A stretch of DNA of 64,000 bases from Bigelowiella natans CCMP2755 (GCA_000320545.1 ADNK01002488.1:24480-88479); one strand, 5' to 3'; positions 45,657 to 59,250 are shown, numbered from the stretch's first letter. Made by a program: numbers and translations. Notes: generated by a model not told the origin, from the sequence alone.

Positions 45657-47441
45657 TCATTGGAATGTTCTAGTTCCATAGATATTGATCAATTCATCTC
45701 TATAGTTGTTGTTTGCCAAAGTATACCAGGATTTCATATTAGGATCCCATCGAGCATTAAGTCTTTTTGCGTCTTCTTTTTTGGGATAAGGAACATTAAT
45801 GTAAATTCTCCCCACAGTTGATGTCGAAAATCGAGCGAGTGAACTTGATGTGGATTGGCTAGATTCATATGATGATCGGGATCCTACAAACGATTGACAC
45901 GTTTGTGGCATCTGAGAACGAATTTCGCCCAAAGGAGCACTTTGGTTTAGATGTGAATGTGATGTGCATTGGCCAGAATGGGCATTAACGTGAAGTGGGT
46001 TCCTTTGATTGGTGTAAGGAACATTATGCTGACTCCTGCTTTCATTGGGGGCAGAATCTTGGAACAAAACCCTAGGACTGGATTGAGAGCTCCGTATGGC
46101 ACCAGAGTTATGAGATGGAGGCCTGCGATTGGCATGAGGAGTCTCGAATTGCCTTAGGGTCTAAATGTTAAGGGAGTATGATAGATGATTTAATTGACGA
46201 TGAAACTCGGGCAAATTTACGACATCCAGCAACATTGGTGTCCTGGCGTAAAGCCGTCAGAATGCTAAGGTCCACGTCGACACTTCGATGGAGATGTGTG
46301 TCATGATTGAGAAATTATTGAAACCGAAATAAGAGTGATCAAGCGAATAGGCGTGAGGGTAATCACGACAAAATATTGCAGGTTTGGACCAAATTATGGA
46401 AATGACATGAAAGGACATCAAGAAGAAACAACGAATTGACTAGCTTAGCGAGGACAGTGGTGACGATGACGATGAAGAAAAATTAATGGCAAATGCCGTG
46501 ATGATGGTGAGGGATGCTACAAATGATAGGGAAAAAAATGAAACAGCTGTGCACACGATGACCGGGGGAAGTGCATGCATTTGAAATGCATAATGTAAAC
46601 ATTGATTTTGTGGTCATGCTTACAGATAAAATGATATCGCTGTATCTTTCAAGCCTATGTTGGTCAATCCCGTCACACTCTAAAAGCTCCTTTTACCATC
46701 ACAAAAACACTACCGTTAATGATAAAAGTCACCATATTGCATTTCATAACCATTCAGATCGTCGGCATCGATGTTAGGCAACTACCACTGGATCATATTC
46801 ACCATCACCACCTCCACCATCAATATTTACACTGCTGCCAACATCATCAATGTAATCATCCTTTGTTGCTCTTACCCTAGAATTAGTTGGCCATCTAAGT
46901 AGTTTGAATAAAAAATGCTCAAAATATTGATTTTTAGCAGGCTAAAGATCAGATCAGTGAGGTGACATTGCGGATGATTGGAGAGAATAACTACCAAAGA
47001 AGTGGAGCAACTTCAGCATGTACAACATTTGTATGCATAATATATGTGTGAATGTATGTATAAATGCACGTGTGTGTGTGTGTGTGTGTGTATGCGTGTG
47101 ACATTGACACGCAAATAATGTTACCTGTCGATTATAGGTTCAATCTCGAAGACCTGTGGATTTAATTGAGAAAACTTTCAGATGCTCATAATCTTCAATT
47201 ATGTAGTAACCACAATTATTATATACCATAACACTCTTCATCACCATTACAGCGATGGTCATGGCAGTGATAATAACAACTATATCTACGATTATAACGA
47301 CCATAAGCATACAAAGAACGGTGAATTGATTAATATTGTCATCATTGTCACCTGATTTGCAGGTATCTCGTACAAACTTGCAAACATATCTCTTTTACAT
47401 CTAGAAGTGATAGCAGGCATCAGATCTCATTGCACATATAA

Positions 47442-47479
<38 letters not shown>

Positions 47480-50400
47480 GACCTACTGGCACACACAAAT
47501 CACACATAGGCACAAAGAGCACGTGTATTTGCAAAATCTAATGAACATTTAGATGGATGCTTTAAAACCTTAGCCTCTCATAGGCCTTAGACCTGTTGAC
47601 ATCTGAAGAGTTTTACAGTATCAAGGGATAGCATGATTTATACATCCAAACAACAGCCATCATCGTACTATCCATCATCATCTTCATCACCACCACCACT
47701 ATCATCACGCCTCGTCATTAGCGTTAGTTATCCAGGTAGCAATCACAATCACTGTCATCCACACCGCCATCACTAGTCAGTAGTCTTTGAAAACGGTATT
47801 CCCTTCACCATGACCAATGCTTTCACTGTCATCATCATCATCATCATTATTGTCATCATCATCGTTATCATCAACCCCATAAATTTTCATACCACAAACA
47901 TTGCCTCTCCTTTGGGGCTGGGGGGCGGAGGCGATGGTACTCGGTCTCGTCTGCGGCACGGAAAAACCCTTAGGGTTCGGCGCGGGGGTCAAACCGCCCC
48001 CAAACTCCCCTGTCCGTGAAGATATCGAGTGAGGAATCAGCCTGGAAGTGGTCCATCTGGCGTTCTCCTCGTAACAATATAAATCACACGATCCTTGTGA
48101 CTTTACCTTCCAGCATCTATACATCCTGTTCTTATTCTTCGTCAGGACTAGCATCGCCGGCTGAAACGGCGAACACAGGCACGAGTACGTTTTGGACTCA
48201 TATTCGAGGATGGTAGTCGTGCTCTTAGTCTGATCTCTATTGCGATCAAATCGATCTGGTTGTTTATATTGTTGTCTATTCTTTCCCAGCATCGATTCCA
48301 TTGCCTGCAACTCGTCTTCCTCGGGATCCCGTCTGTCAGTGGATATTAGCGGAGGCACGTGCTCGCGGAACAGTTTGGCGTTGTGAGCCAAGCAGAAGAA
48401 CTTGCAGCTTTGCCTCGCACATTTGTAATAGCTGTTCTCAGAGAACACAAGCAACGCTGGAGTACGATAGGAGCACAGGCAAGAAAACAGACTCGATTCA
48501 AGAGACGGTCTGGAACTGACTGAACCTAATTGCTGAAGGGGGGGTTCCTGTCGAAGAGGCCTTCTTCCTGCTCTTCCCGACGATGATGACATTCGAGGTC
48601 TTCCTGAAGGCAAGTTGCTACGTTTTTCTTCATCAGAGGAAGGAAGTCGTACGCTAGAGGCTCTTGCGGGGGAGGCAGAAGATGACAGCCCATCACCTTC
48701 GTTGTACACATAATCTTCGGGGTTCAAAATTTTCCCTTCAGTTATTTTTTTGTTGATGCGTCTGTCAATTACATCTGCTGGTCTAGGGAGGCAGTTTTTC
48801 TTCCATGGCGTATTTCCACATGTGTAATGATAGAGTTTCTTGTCTTTGAAAAAAATCCTCTGTGCTTTCATGCCGCAACTGCATTTGATACCACCGAAAT
48901 TTGCCTTGTGCTTGTGTGAATTCTGGTTGTTGTATAAGGGGGACTGCCATTTGCTGCAATCTTCTGTCTGACAGCAAAAATATAGTTGGCCTTCTTTTTG
49001 TTTCCTCAGCGCACAGGGTTTTCCACAGTCACAAAGCGGATGGTATGCAGGCCAATCCTTTAAGGTGGACTGTGCGTAGCGTTCAACGTCTATAACTGGC
49101 AAACCATGGAGTGTATGCATCATCTGGCAGAATTTCAGGCCTTTTTCAGTAACTCTGAAAAGTCGGCAGGCAGTTTTACTCCCCCTTTTTTCTTCAACGA
49201 GTTTGTGCTTGAGGAGAGTATCAATTCCTTTATAGCAGCCAAAATCATCACTGTAAACCGCACGACATCCTGTCCGGTAAGCATTAGACCCCATAAAATC
49301 ACCACAGTATTTGTCCCCTTTTATCTGATTAAGTGTTATGCATAAGTTCACTGTAACGTAAAATATTGTGGTCACACAAAATGTTATATGGCTCTTACTA
49401 TGATCTCATGCTTGCGTTCCCACTCAATTCCTCTCTCCTTGAATTCTTCGACCATCGATGTCAGGATTCTATATGTACCCTTTCGAGTCCCGTTTTGCCG
49501 TCCGATGCTAAAGAGATACCTGTAGTTGCGAGGATGAACGTCATATTCTCCTCACGTTTTGTAAAGAATAATACTTGCAAAAAAGTGTTAGTATTTTTAA
49601 GGTGAACTCGAGCTCAGGTATCACGTCTTCAGTATGCTCATTTGATCAGATGTGTAGGATAGATGCAATGATTTTAATTAGAAATGGACTCATACGTTTC
49701 AAACAATCCTGCTCCATCACTGATGTACGAATAAATATGATGATCACATTTTGAAGGTGCATATTTGGTATTTTTACCACAGAAATTATACTAAAATACA
49801 AATAATGATCACACTGTACTAGCTACACAGCTAAGTAACGATGCAAGCTGCACATTCAATCAGAACAAATAGAATCGAAATCATTTTTACTACCGTAACA
49901 TGGTTGGATACTTATCTGGAGAGACAGGATCTTCATGCAGAAGGATTCTTTTGATAGTGCTTTCAATAGTGTCCCCCACTTCTAAGTCTGATGGAAAGTT
50001 TTCAACCTGATGGACAACCAATTTAGACATGAAGCTTGTGAAAGTTAGGCGGTTTGCCACAAAACAAAACTTCCTCATCTACCACCAATAGAATAGGGAA
50101 AGTAACATCTCTCCTTCATTGTTTACCGAAATCCTGCCAGGTTTGGCTCGGAGAGCCTCCAAGACTACTTTCCATTCTTTGTGGAATTTTTGGTGGTATA
50201 ATGCTTTCAACAATCGAAGCTGTGAAATATTGTTGGGTTAAGTAAGACGCACCGACCTCTGCTCACATTCGAAATGCAATACCCTTCGACATACACAGAT
50301 TTACAGAGCACACATTCTGGGCACATACTTAGCAGTACCTTGATAGCCCTTTCAATTTGCTCTCTTGTAAGTTGCTTTTTTCGATTCGCCTTCTACATAG

Positions 50401-50557
50401 TTTTGATCAATTATAATTACCATCACTTTTGTTGTGTCATTGTCATCATTACAAACATCTTGCATGTCCATATGCCTGCCAAGATACATACATACCCAAA
50501 CTAGCAAGAGAGCTTGACAAACTTCATCACCGATTAATCGTCGACGTCAATATCATG

Positions 50558-50594
<37 letters not shown>

Positions 50595-50853
50595 TCTTGC
50601 CTCTAGACTCAGGTTCCTTGGTCTCAACTTCTTGATCTTCTGATGCCGATGATTGCTTTCTCGTAAGTTGCTTTTTTCGATTCGCCTTCTACATAGTTTT
50701 GATCAATTATAATTACCATCACTTTTGTTGTGTCATTGTCATCATTGCAAACATCTTGCATGTCCATATGCCTGCCAAGATACATACATACCCAAACTAG
50801 CAAGAGAGCTTGACAAACTTCATCACCGATTAATCGTCGACGTCAATATCATG

Positions 50854-50890
<37 letters not shown>

Positions 50891-51272
50891 TCTTGCCTCT
50901 AGACTCAGGTTCCTTGGTCTCAACTTCTTGATCTTCTGATGCTAATGATTTGCAAGCAGAAACTTCCAAACTGCCATTTCTAAGATCGACATTATCGACA
51001 CTGCAACCACCACCTTAGTTGCCAAAACACAAATAACACCATCAGATTTCTTCGTGTAAAATATAAACCCAGTACAACCACATCACATTACCAGCTTTGA
51101 TAACGTTGCCATCATCCGAAGTTAAATCAATGATCGAATGACTCGACTTCAACAGCCTAGACTTCTTTGCTCTGCCCTTTCTCTGCCTAAACGCTAGCCC
51201 ATTCCCTCCCTTCGGCAAACCATTTTCGCTAACCACGTCATCTCTCTTTCTCTTGGTCCTAGTTTGAACCAT
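45657..51272 (-). CDS. Multidomain nucleic-acid-binding protein: MUS81-type winged helix, 4 GRF-like Zn fingers, HRDC, DUF5710
   Basis: WH: RKGTYRILTSM...KHEII|IKGDKYC...CYKGIDTLLKHKLV...FRVTEKG. CxC...C...C fingers in 47777-49375. HRDC assembled from micro-exons: AYERLR|CKRDMFASLYEIPANQ|VFEIEPIIDR|WPTNSR|ELLECDGIDQHRLERYSDIILS|TLRQF. DUF5710: RIYINVPYPKKEDAKRLNARWDPNMKSWY. Confidence 0.75.
50367..50942. repeat. 296-bp-period tandem duplication containing a complete intron
   Basis: 50367-50646 is nearly identical to 50663-50942. Confidence 0.95.
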
Positions 51273-52316
51273 ATTTGCCCCTTTATAGTAAACTGTGATC
51301 CTACGAAGCGAATCTTCGAAGTTTTCACGACTCTTGTTGATCTCCAATGCGAACTCAGCGAGCAAGAGAGAGGGGGGGGTAGGGTGGGAGGGAAAGACGA
51401 AGGGCCGGAGTGGTGTTAGTCTGCTTGATTTCCCCAAGACTGTTGTAGATCTACGAAGTGTAGCAAATTCCCTCTTGGTTTCACTTCTGAGAGTTGGGTC
51501 TACCGTCTACCAGTCTAGATGCCTTCAAGTGTAGGTAAAGATAATATTGGGGGGTGAACGCTGTCACCTCGGATATGACTAAATCTAGAAATAAAAAAGA
51601 GGTTTTATAGTAAGAGAAATCTTGAAATGGAAGCCATTTTTGCGATATACTTGTAAGATATACTTGAACTCACGAATAAATTGGACGAAGTAAGCAAGCA
51701 CAACATGACATAATACTACACCAAACCAAAAAAATTATGGACATTGAAACGAGCTTCGCAAAGCGAAACTACCAAGAAAACAACCGAAAACAACACAAAA
51801 TACAAATAAATGATCCATGAGATGTTGGCGTCCAACCGAAATTGCAGCCTTTTATGTCTGGCCTTGCGATCGTCGGATTCGATCAAGTCTTACTTTTTTT
51901 TAGGCAGTGCCCTCAGATTCTATTTTCCGGCTGAACTGATAAGAAATTTTGCAACCAGGCTTAAGTTTTGCTACTGCGACAATGCCAATATTATGTCGCA
52001 CATCATATTTCTTCATTGCTTCTTGTATCGAGACGACATCGAAGAAAAGTTGACGCGATGACAAATTGCTGGACAACATCGCTTGTACGTGCAACAAACT
52101 TAACTAACTTGATGCTCGTTCAAAATCTGCTCGGTATTCCTCACGGTGAGTGATGCTTGCAAAGTACAGCGTCATAGTGAAATAATGAAATCCCATGGTG
52201 TTATTACTAACGACAAGACATTGGAGCTTGGAACGCTATAAATCGGAGGCATATTGGATGGCAAAAAAAGTTAATCTGAATGCATTCGAAGGCACCCCTC
52301 ACATAGCTCATAAAGG

Positions 52317-53467
52317 ATGAAAACAGGCAGCACCAAAGGCAGGGAGGACAAAGGCCTGTCAGGGTACCTCTATTTTGGATGTGTACTCGGACTATTGGTA
52401 ATGTGCTGTGGAATGTCCGTTGGCTTCTCAGTTTACAATAAGTATCTCTTCTCCGGCCCCATCCCGGTAAAAGAGTCAAGAATGTCCACAATTGTTACCT
52501 TTTCTGATTTAGTTGTCCCTCTGTTCAGGCACCGATTTTAGTGACTTCTACACATCGTATGTTCGCATTTGTCGGTGCTTTTATGATATGGATGCTGGCA
52601 TCTCCCTCGTTTTATACAAGAATGAAAATCGAGGAAAATCCTCAAATGCTGAAGCAGATTCTACTTATCCCCGTTGGATTTATCATGAACATTGGTATGA
52701 ACAATCTCTCTCTGCAGTATACGACTTTGGCTTTGAATCAGCTTATCCGTGCCTTCTCTCCTGTATCGATTGCAATCACCTCCTTCTTCATCGAGGGAAA
52801 GGTCCAGTCAGTGGCCAAAGGGGCCTCCCTCTCAGTTCTCGTAGCTGGAGTCTTCCTGGGTGTATTCAGCTCCCCTGATTTTGAAATCGTGGGAGTCCTT
52901 ATTTGTGCGGCATCTCTTGCCGGCCAGTCACTAAGCATTGTGATGACAGCCTATGTGATGGGTGGAACGAGAGTGAAACTCGCTCCCTGGGATGTGTTGC
53001 TCTATGCAACCCTTCCAACCCTTCTGGTCCTCCTTCCCTGGGCGTATTCTCTAGGAGAATTTGATGTTATGACGCAGGCTATTGAGCTTCATGGTATAGA
53101 ACGAATCGTCGGTCTTATCATCGCAGGAGGGTGTCTCGCGTTTTCCTATAACGTAGCTTGCGTTGTTTTCATCCGCCTGACATCCTCTGTCTACTATGGC
53201 GTAACCGGGGGGTTCCGGAGTGCTCTGGCGATCGTCATCTCCTTTTTCCTTTTCCCCCAACGCATTACAATGCTAGGAATTGTTGGAACCGTGTTGGCAA
53301 TGGCTGCATTCACTGCGAACTCGTACTTCACTATGAAGGAGAAGCTAGCAGAAAAGAACGATGTGCCGAAGCCGTCAGAGCAGAGAAAATTATTAGATGA
53401 AGAGGAGGATGAGGAAGCTATTCCAGTCTCGAGGGAAGACCTTATCAGGACGAAATTGCTTCAGTAA
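52317..53467 (+). CDS. Nucleotide-sugar / triose-phosphate transporter family protein (TPT/SLC35), 2 exons
   Basis: Exons 52317-52466 and 52529-53467. Motifs YNKYLF, NNLSLQYTTLALNQLIRAFSP, FSYN...TSSVYYGVTG. Multiple TM helices. Confidence 0.92.
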
Positions 53468-53781
53468 ACCCTGAGTGGCAATTGATGAAGAATATAGAAC
53501 AATTTCAATAAAAAAACACATAAAATGTCATTTGCACGCTACCGCTTTAGTGCTGTTAAAGTTTTCACGTAAGCCTGTGTCTCATGTATCTTGGCTCTGA
53601 CCATGCACATGGTCAGTATATCAGGAGTTACATATAACAAGTGCGCGCTCTGGATGCTGCTAATATGCAATACCAGAATACTGTAGCGGTACATCTAAAT
53701 ACTGATCCCATTTTTGCGAGCAAGTTGTTGCACATGTTTGCGCGTGAGCGTCATGCACACTGTTACATGTGTACGTGTACC

Positions 53782-54103
53782 ACTAGACCGTGTCGCACGC
53801 GCACAGCTAGACACATCATCTAGATCATGGCGGACGTGACGTGCAAGCGTGCCATGCTAGCATGTAAGCATGTGATACCATGCAACTGGCGCCAATCTAG
53901 CAATGCTAGAATGCTAGAATGCCAGAATGAACACTCTAGCACTACTTGGCATTGCACACAAATTGCAGTTTGCCGCAAAAAGCGGGACGTCGCGTGCGTG
54001 CGGACAAATGATTGTCGTGAGCACACACGCACGCTAGCACGCACTGCCAGCTCTAGAGCTAGCCAGTGCGCTCGCGCACATCAGCTCGCGTGCACAGCTC
54101 TAG
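53782..54103. other. CTAG-rich, otherwise TpA-depleted island between convergent genes
   Basis: Hand count: 12 CTAG versus 3 other TpA; CpG abundant. Confidence 0.8.
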
Positions 54104-54106
54104 TAC

Positions 54107-54141
<35 letters not shown>

Positions 54142-54266
54142 TACACTTTACGTTGATACGTGTACAAAGGTTGTAGGTACATTATTAAAGTGTACGGCAA
54201 CGTTGCGCTCAATACATCTAGACTTGAATCGGCACTTTATATACATGGACGTACATATCCTCGAAG

Positions 54267-56953
54267 CTATTTCAGCGAGCGAATTAGCTCGCTCGTCTCT
54301 TTCGAGCGTCCGTGCTCATTAGAGTCCCTAATGTTTACTCCCCTCGCAGTATTACGTCGCTTGGTCACACCCCGTCCTGTGATATGACGGTAGAGATTGA
54401 GGAGAGACGCCGGTGTGATACCCTGGATCGCGCTTGCTTCTGCCAAGGTCGCAGGCCTCGCCTTGGCCAGCTTCTCCAGCTCTTCGTTCGAGAGGGTCGG
54501 AAGCTCATCATGGGTGTATGCGAGGGTGGGGGGCAGTCGTACCCAGCCAAGTTCTCGTTGTTCCCATGCATCAACCTCACGTTTCTGCCTGTCAATCAAA
54601 CTACCATACTTGCTCTCGGCAAGCACAGTGTCGCGCGCGTAGGATGGCGTACGCTGGGGCTCGTCGCGCACCTCCCCCTCCCCCCCCTCCTTATCTCCCC
54701 CCTCGGCTACGATGACGCTCTCGACGTCATCGAGCATGATGTTGGACATCGCGAGCATGTCGAGGGCAGACTTTGCCTGGTTGTGCGAGACCTTCTGCCC
54801 GAGTTCTATCTTCGATGCCCAGAGTGATATCGGCATTTTGAACTCGCTGAGCCGTCTCAGCGAGGCCTCGACGTCCGACCTGGCACAAAATGCATAAAGA
54901 TAAAGAGATATGATGAGCTATCAGCAGTAATGGTAGTAGTAAGGGCCTATTTGTTGAGGAAGACAGCGACATCACGACGGCAGCGATCACGTCTACAGCT
55001 GCTACTATCCCTGTTACCGTCGCCTCTGCGCAAGGTCGAATCGCTCCTCAGAGACAAGGCCAGCCGCAAATCCAACAGGAGTCAGCCGCAAATCGGCATT
55101 ATCCGCGCGCAAACTTAGCCGATGCTCCGCACGCGATGTGAACATACGGTAGGGCTCGTCAGCTCCCTTTGTGACCAAGTCGTCGATGAGAACGCCTATG
55201 TACGCCTCATCCCTGCCAAGGATCAAGGGCTTTTCCCCCTGTCCCCTAGACTCTATAGCAGCATTCGCCCCGGCTATGATACCCTGTGCGGCGGCCTCCT
55301 CGTATCCAGTAGTGCCGCATATCTGCCCGGCAAGATACAGCCCGGGGAGTTTCAGGCTTTCGAGAGTGTGTTTGAGCCCCCTGGGATCCACGTAGTCATA
55401 TTCTACATCGTACCTTTTGGTATTGGTGAAGAGTGCAATTGATTAGGAGTCAGAGATCGGTGCGAACACAGACGCTGGGGATAAGAAGGACAGGCGGGCG
55501 GGCGGGTGGAGGGGGAGGGGGTTAGGGTGAGAGAAGGGGAGAGAGATAAGACCCTGGCCGCACGATCTCAACGTCTTCTAGCCCTTTTATGCTCCTGAGA
55601 ATCTTCAGCTGCACGTCCTCAGGGAAAGGACCAGAAAGTCCGTTGGGATATACGATATCGGTAGAGAGCCCCTCAGGCTCCAGCCACACTGGGTGCTTAT
55701 CACGTCCTGGGAACCGCTCTACTTTCTTGAAAAGGGACGGGCAATAGCGAGGCCCATTATCTCCCCGTGCGGGCTCCGGCAAGAGATGAGCGTTTTCAGC
55801 GACGATTCGATGCGTTTCAGCGTTGGTATCTGTCCGGCGGCATTGAATGAGCTGCTCCTCGCGTAACCCAACGCCGCGGTCATAGTTGAGGAAGCTGAAC
55901 GGCTTCGGAGGCATATCCGACGGCTGCGGCTCCAGGATGTCCCAGTTGATTGTCTTGCCGTCAAGCCGGGGCGGGGTGCCTGTCTTGAGCCTTCCCATTT
56001 TGAACTTCAGGCGCTCTAGGCTGAGAGCGAGGCCGACAGAGGGCGGCTCCACCTCCGCTGAGTCGCGCAGATGACGTCCGGCACTGTACACGTCTTGCCC
56101 CAGGTAGCACCGGCCGCGGAGGAATGTCCCCGTGGTGATCACGACTTGCGATGCTCTGATTTCGCGCCCGTCCTGCGTAAGAACGCCCTCCAGGGTTGGT
56201 GTCTCGGTGTCAATGCCATCGATGAGGATGTCATGTGCGCTTCCCTCGACAATCTCTAGGTTTGGGTAGTCGCTTAGGAGGCGCTGCATCCCCTCCTTGT
56301 AAAGGTCCCGATCAGCCTGCGCCCTTGGGCCGTGCACAGCCGGCCCTTTTCTCATGTTGAGCATGCGAAAATGGATACCGGCGTCGTCGATGACTCGTCC
56401 CATCACGCCGTCGAGGGCGTCTATCTCACGTACGATGTGGCCTTTTCCAATCCCTCCGATGGAGGGGTTACAGGACATCTCTCCAATGGTGTCCTTCCGC
56501 TGAGTTAAGAGAATCGTTCTGTGGGGAGTAGCAAAAAATAACACACGGCAGCATGTGGTGAGTAATGTAGTTAATGGCACTGTTGCACGCAGGATACCCC
56601 CCTATGCAGGAACCATTTTAGTCGAGTGGTGGGGACGACCTGGCGCCCATTCGCGCGGCCGCTGTTGCCGCCTCACATCCTGCGTGTCCGCCTCCTACCA
56701 CTACTACTTCTGCTTGTATCGCCTCTGCATCGGCCTTTGTTTTGGAGACAGGGGCCCGAAAGGGGAGGAACTTTGAAGGCGATATGAAGGAGGATGAAGC
56801 TCTCTGACGAATCCCCGACTCTATCTTCCCGGCGGGAAAGTGAACATGAACAAGAACGACAGCTACTGCGAGTATGAGCGAGTAAAGCGGAAACAGGCGC
56901 TTGTGTATGGTCCGACTCCTTCGTGCGGTAGGGAGGGGGAGTAGAGTCTCCAT
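54267..56953 (-). CDS. mnmG: tRNA U34 5-carboxymethylaminomethyl modification enzyme MnmG/GidA/MTO1 with N-terminal leader, 4 exons
   Basis: [73 protein letters not shown]. Exons 56953-56640, 56518-55553, 55413-55018, 54879-54267. Confidence 0.96.
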
Positions 56954-57128
56954 GCTGTCGTCCCGACGATTACTGGGAAACGAAAACAATGCGACAAGAT
57001 GCTAAATATTGCCTGCGACAATGGAATTTTGTTGTCGTCATGTGAAAAATAAGAATGATCTACTGAGATTTTGGGGACAAAATGTATGGGATTTGTGGTC
57101 TGCGACAAAAGGAAAAAGGCCTGGAATT

Positions 57129-57152
57129 TTCGAACCCTAATTCGAACCCTAA
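57129..57152. promoter_or_regulatory. Tandem TTCGAACCCTAA x2 (telo-box-like) in a bidirectional promoter
   Basis: Perfect 12-bp duplication between divergent ATGs at 56953 and 57190; regulatory role is inferred. Confidence 0.45.
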
Positions 57153-57189
57153 CTCAGTCGCGTCGCCCCACCCTCCACCCAGCTGAACA

Positions 57190-58399
57190 ATGCGTTGTTC
57201 CCTTGCACTGTTCCTGGTGGCATCGACGGCGTTCGAAATATCGCCAAGGAGCGGTGGTGGTGCTGCGGCTAGGTGGCTTGGAAATGGACGTCTTCTGACA
57301 GGAGGCTCGCCAATGAAGGCGTTGGACAAGTCAACGAAGGAGCATAGGGTAGTACACCATTTTACGCTTTTCTTCCTTCCCAATCCCCTCGGCGAATTCA
57401 GACTCGATCTTTTTCCCTGCCTCTAACGAGGAAGGCTGAAGACACGTATGGGCGAGGAGAAACAGCACACAGCTCACCTATACCACGTCTGTTTTCAGGC
57501 TCGTTCCACATACCCCTTGCGCTCGGGAGGGCAACCCGCGGCGATTAGGCCGCGACGAATGGCAAGCGTACTACGCACTGCGGCAGGTGCGGTCAACATT
57601 CATAGTAGCTAGATGCCCATGAGATTTCGAATCTCACATCGGTGGTTATCTCTTATCACAATTCTCAGCCGTCGGAGTGCTATCCGCCGGCGAGCTTCTC
57701 TCCATAGGTAAGACTAGCATATATGATGGGAATACACATGCAGTTTTACATCGAAGGGCTTAGTTTATTTTTGAAAACCCCACCGCTTACGTCACGACGA
57801 AATCATCATTAACGCGTTTGTGGTATGTGACAAATGAAATCGATGATCCGATGATGAAACAGGAGGTTGGGGGGGGGGAGCTTCAGCAGGAGGGCCTGAT
57901 GAGGTGCTTGATGTAGCTGATGGTGGAGACAACACAAGAACAGCGTTTCACAACAACACCGCCGCAATCTCAGAGAAAGAAAATGAAGAAGAAAAGGAAG
58001 AAGAAGAAACAACTAAAGCCGTTTACCTGACCCAAGGCGAAAACATCATGCTAGGTAGATCATAGAAAAACCGCAATTTTGTTGTCAGAGAAGGCTCTTT
58101 CGATACCAACCGCACAGAATTTGCACATAACGTCAGGGGCCACCTCTATCTCGTTGTACGGCTGCTACGCATTCGAAAGCACATTCACTCAGTCATGATG
58201 ATATGTGTACTACAGGCGCATTTGCCGGTATCTTCAAGACGTATCTGCTCATGCCGCTCGCGACCTGGAAATATTGCCAACAGTCAGGACGTGCTCTTCC
58301 GAAGTCAATAGGAGAATGGTACCGTGGTGTGCTCCCCAATGCCGCATTTATGGTTCCTATAACAATCGCACAGGTATGCTGCATGGCAACACGCGAGCA

Positions 58400-58454
<55 letters not shown>

Positions 58455-59250
58455 CGTTATGTGTACGACTTCTGCATGAGCCGTACCGCAGATCCTACAC
58501 GCAAAGGACAACAACAACTCTATCCGTTTGTCAACAACATTGCTGCAGCCTCTGAATTGCTTCTTCGCAGATCTGGACTAATGGGATCTTGGAGAAGATT
58601 TGGAGCAATAACGGTACTACCACCTCTCGGGAAGGGAGAGGGATGCTGATGACGAGGAGGAGGGGGGGGGGGGGATATCGCATCATCACAAGATTTCAAA
58701 ATGTACAAAAACACGCATCGGTCCGTGACGCAGGCAGCTTCAGGCTATATTGTGGAATATATACACACACATTATCACGGCACACAACTTACATTTATCG
58801 CTCCTGGTTGCCTGCATTTCTATGCAAACTGCGCTTTGATAATTGAGTATTTCTTCAAAATATTCTCTATTCTCCTCTTCCTCCTCCTCCTCCTCCTCCT
58901 CCTTCTCATCTCTGTTGTTCCGCGGTTCCGCATTGTTTTCCTTCTCCTCCTGACGATGATAATGATGATAAAGGGGAACGACAACTGGAAAAGTATGAGA
59001 AAGTAGTGGTAAGTACCACGTCACCAAATGTGTGTATGTGTGTGTGTGTGTGTGTGTATAAATATATAACATATATACATATGCATATAATTTATATTGC
59101 ATAGCTGCGCTGTGTATGTGTGCCTGAGAATTGCGTGGGATGGTTTGCTGGTCCTCCTGACAGGTTGCAGTTGTAGCCGGGGCATTGTCAGCTCTCTTAT
59201 ACGGACCTCTTGATCTGGTACAAACAGCCAAATTTAAGATGGTGCCGCCA

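Noticed and set aside
45213-45659. Selenocysteine readthrough of TGA with the downstream hairpin as SECIS
   Set aside because: The hairpin has ATGA but no properly placed 3' GA, and a second in-frame stop is TAG.
51810-52153. Short ORFs upstream of the TPT gene
   Set aside because: No motif or coherent exon chain.
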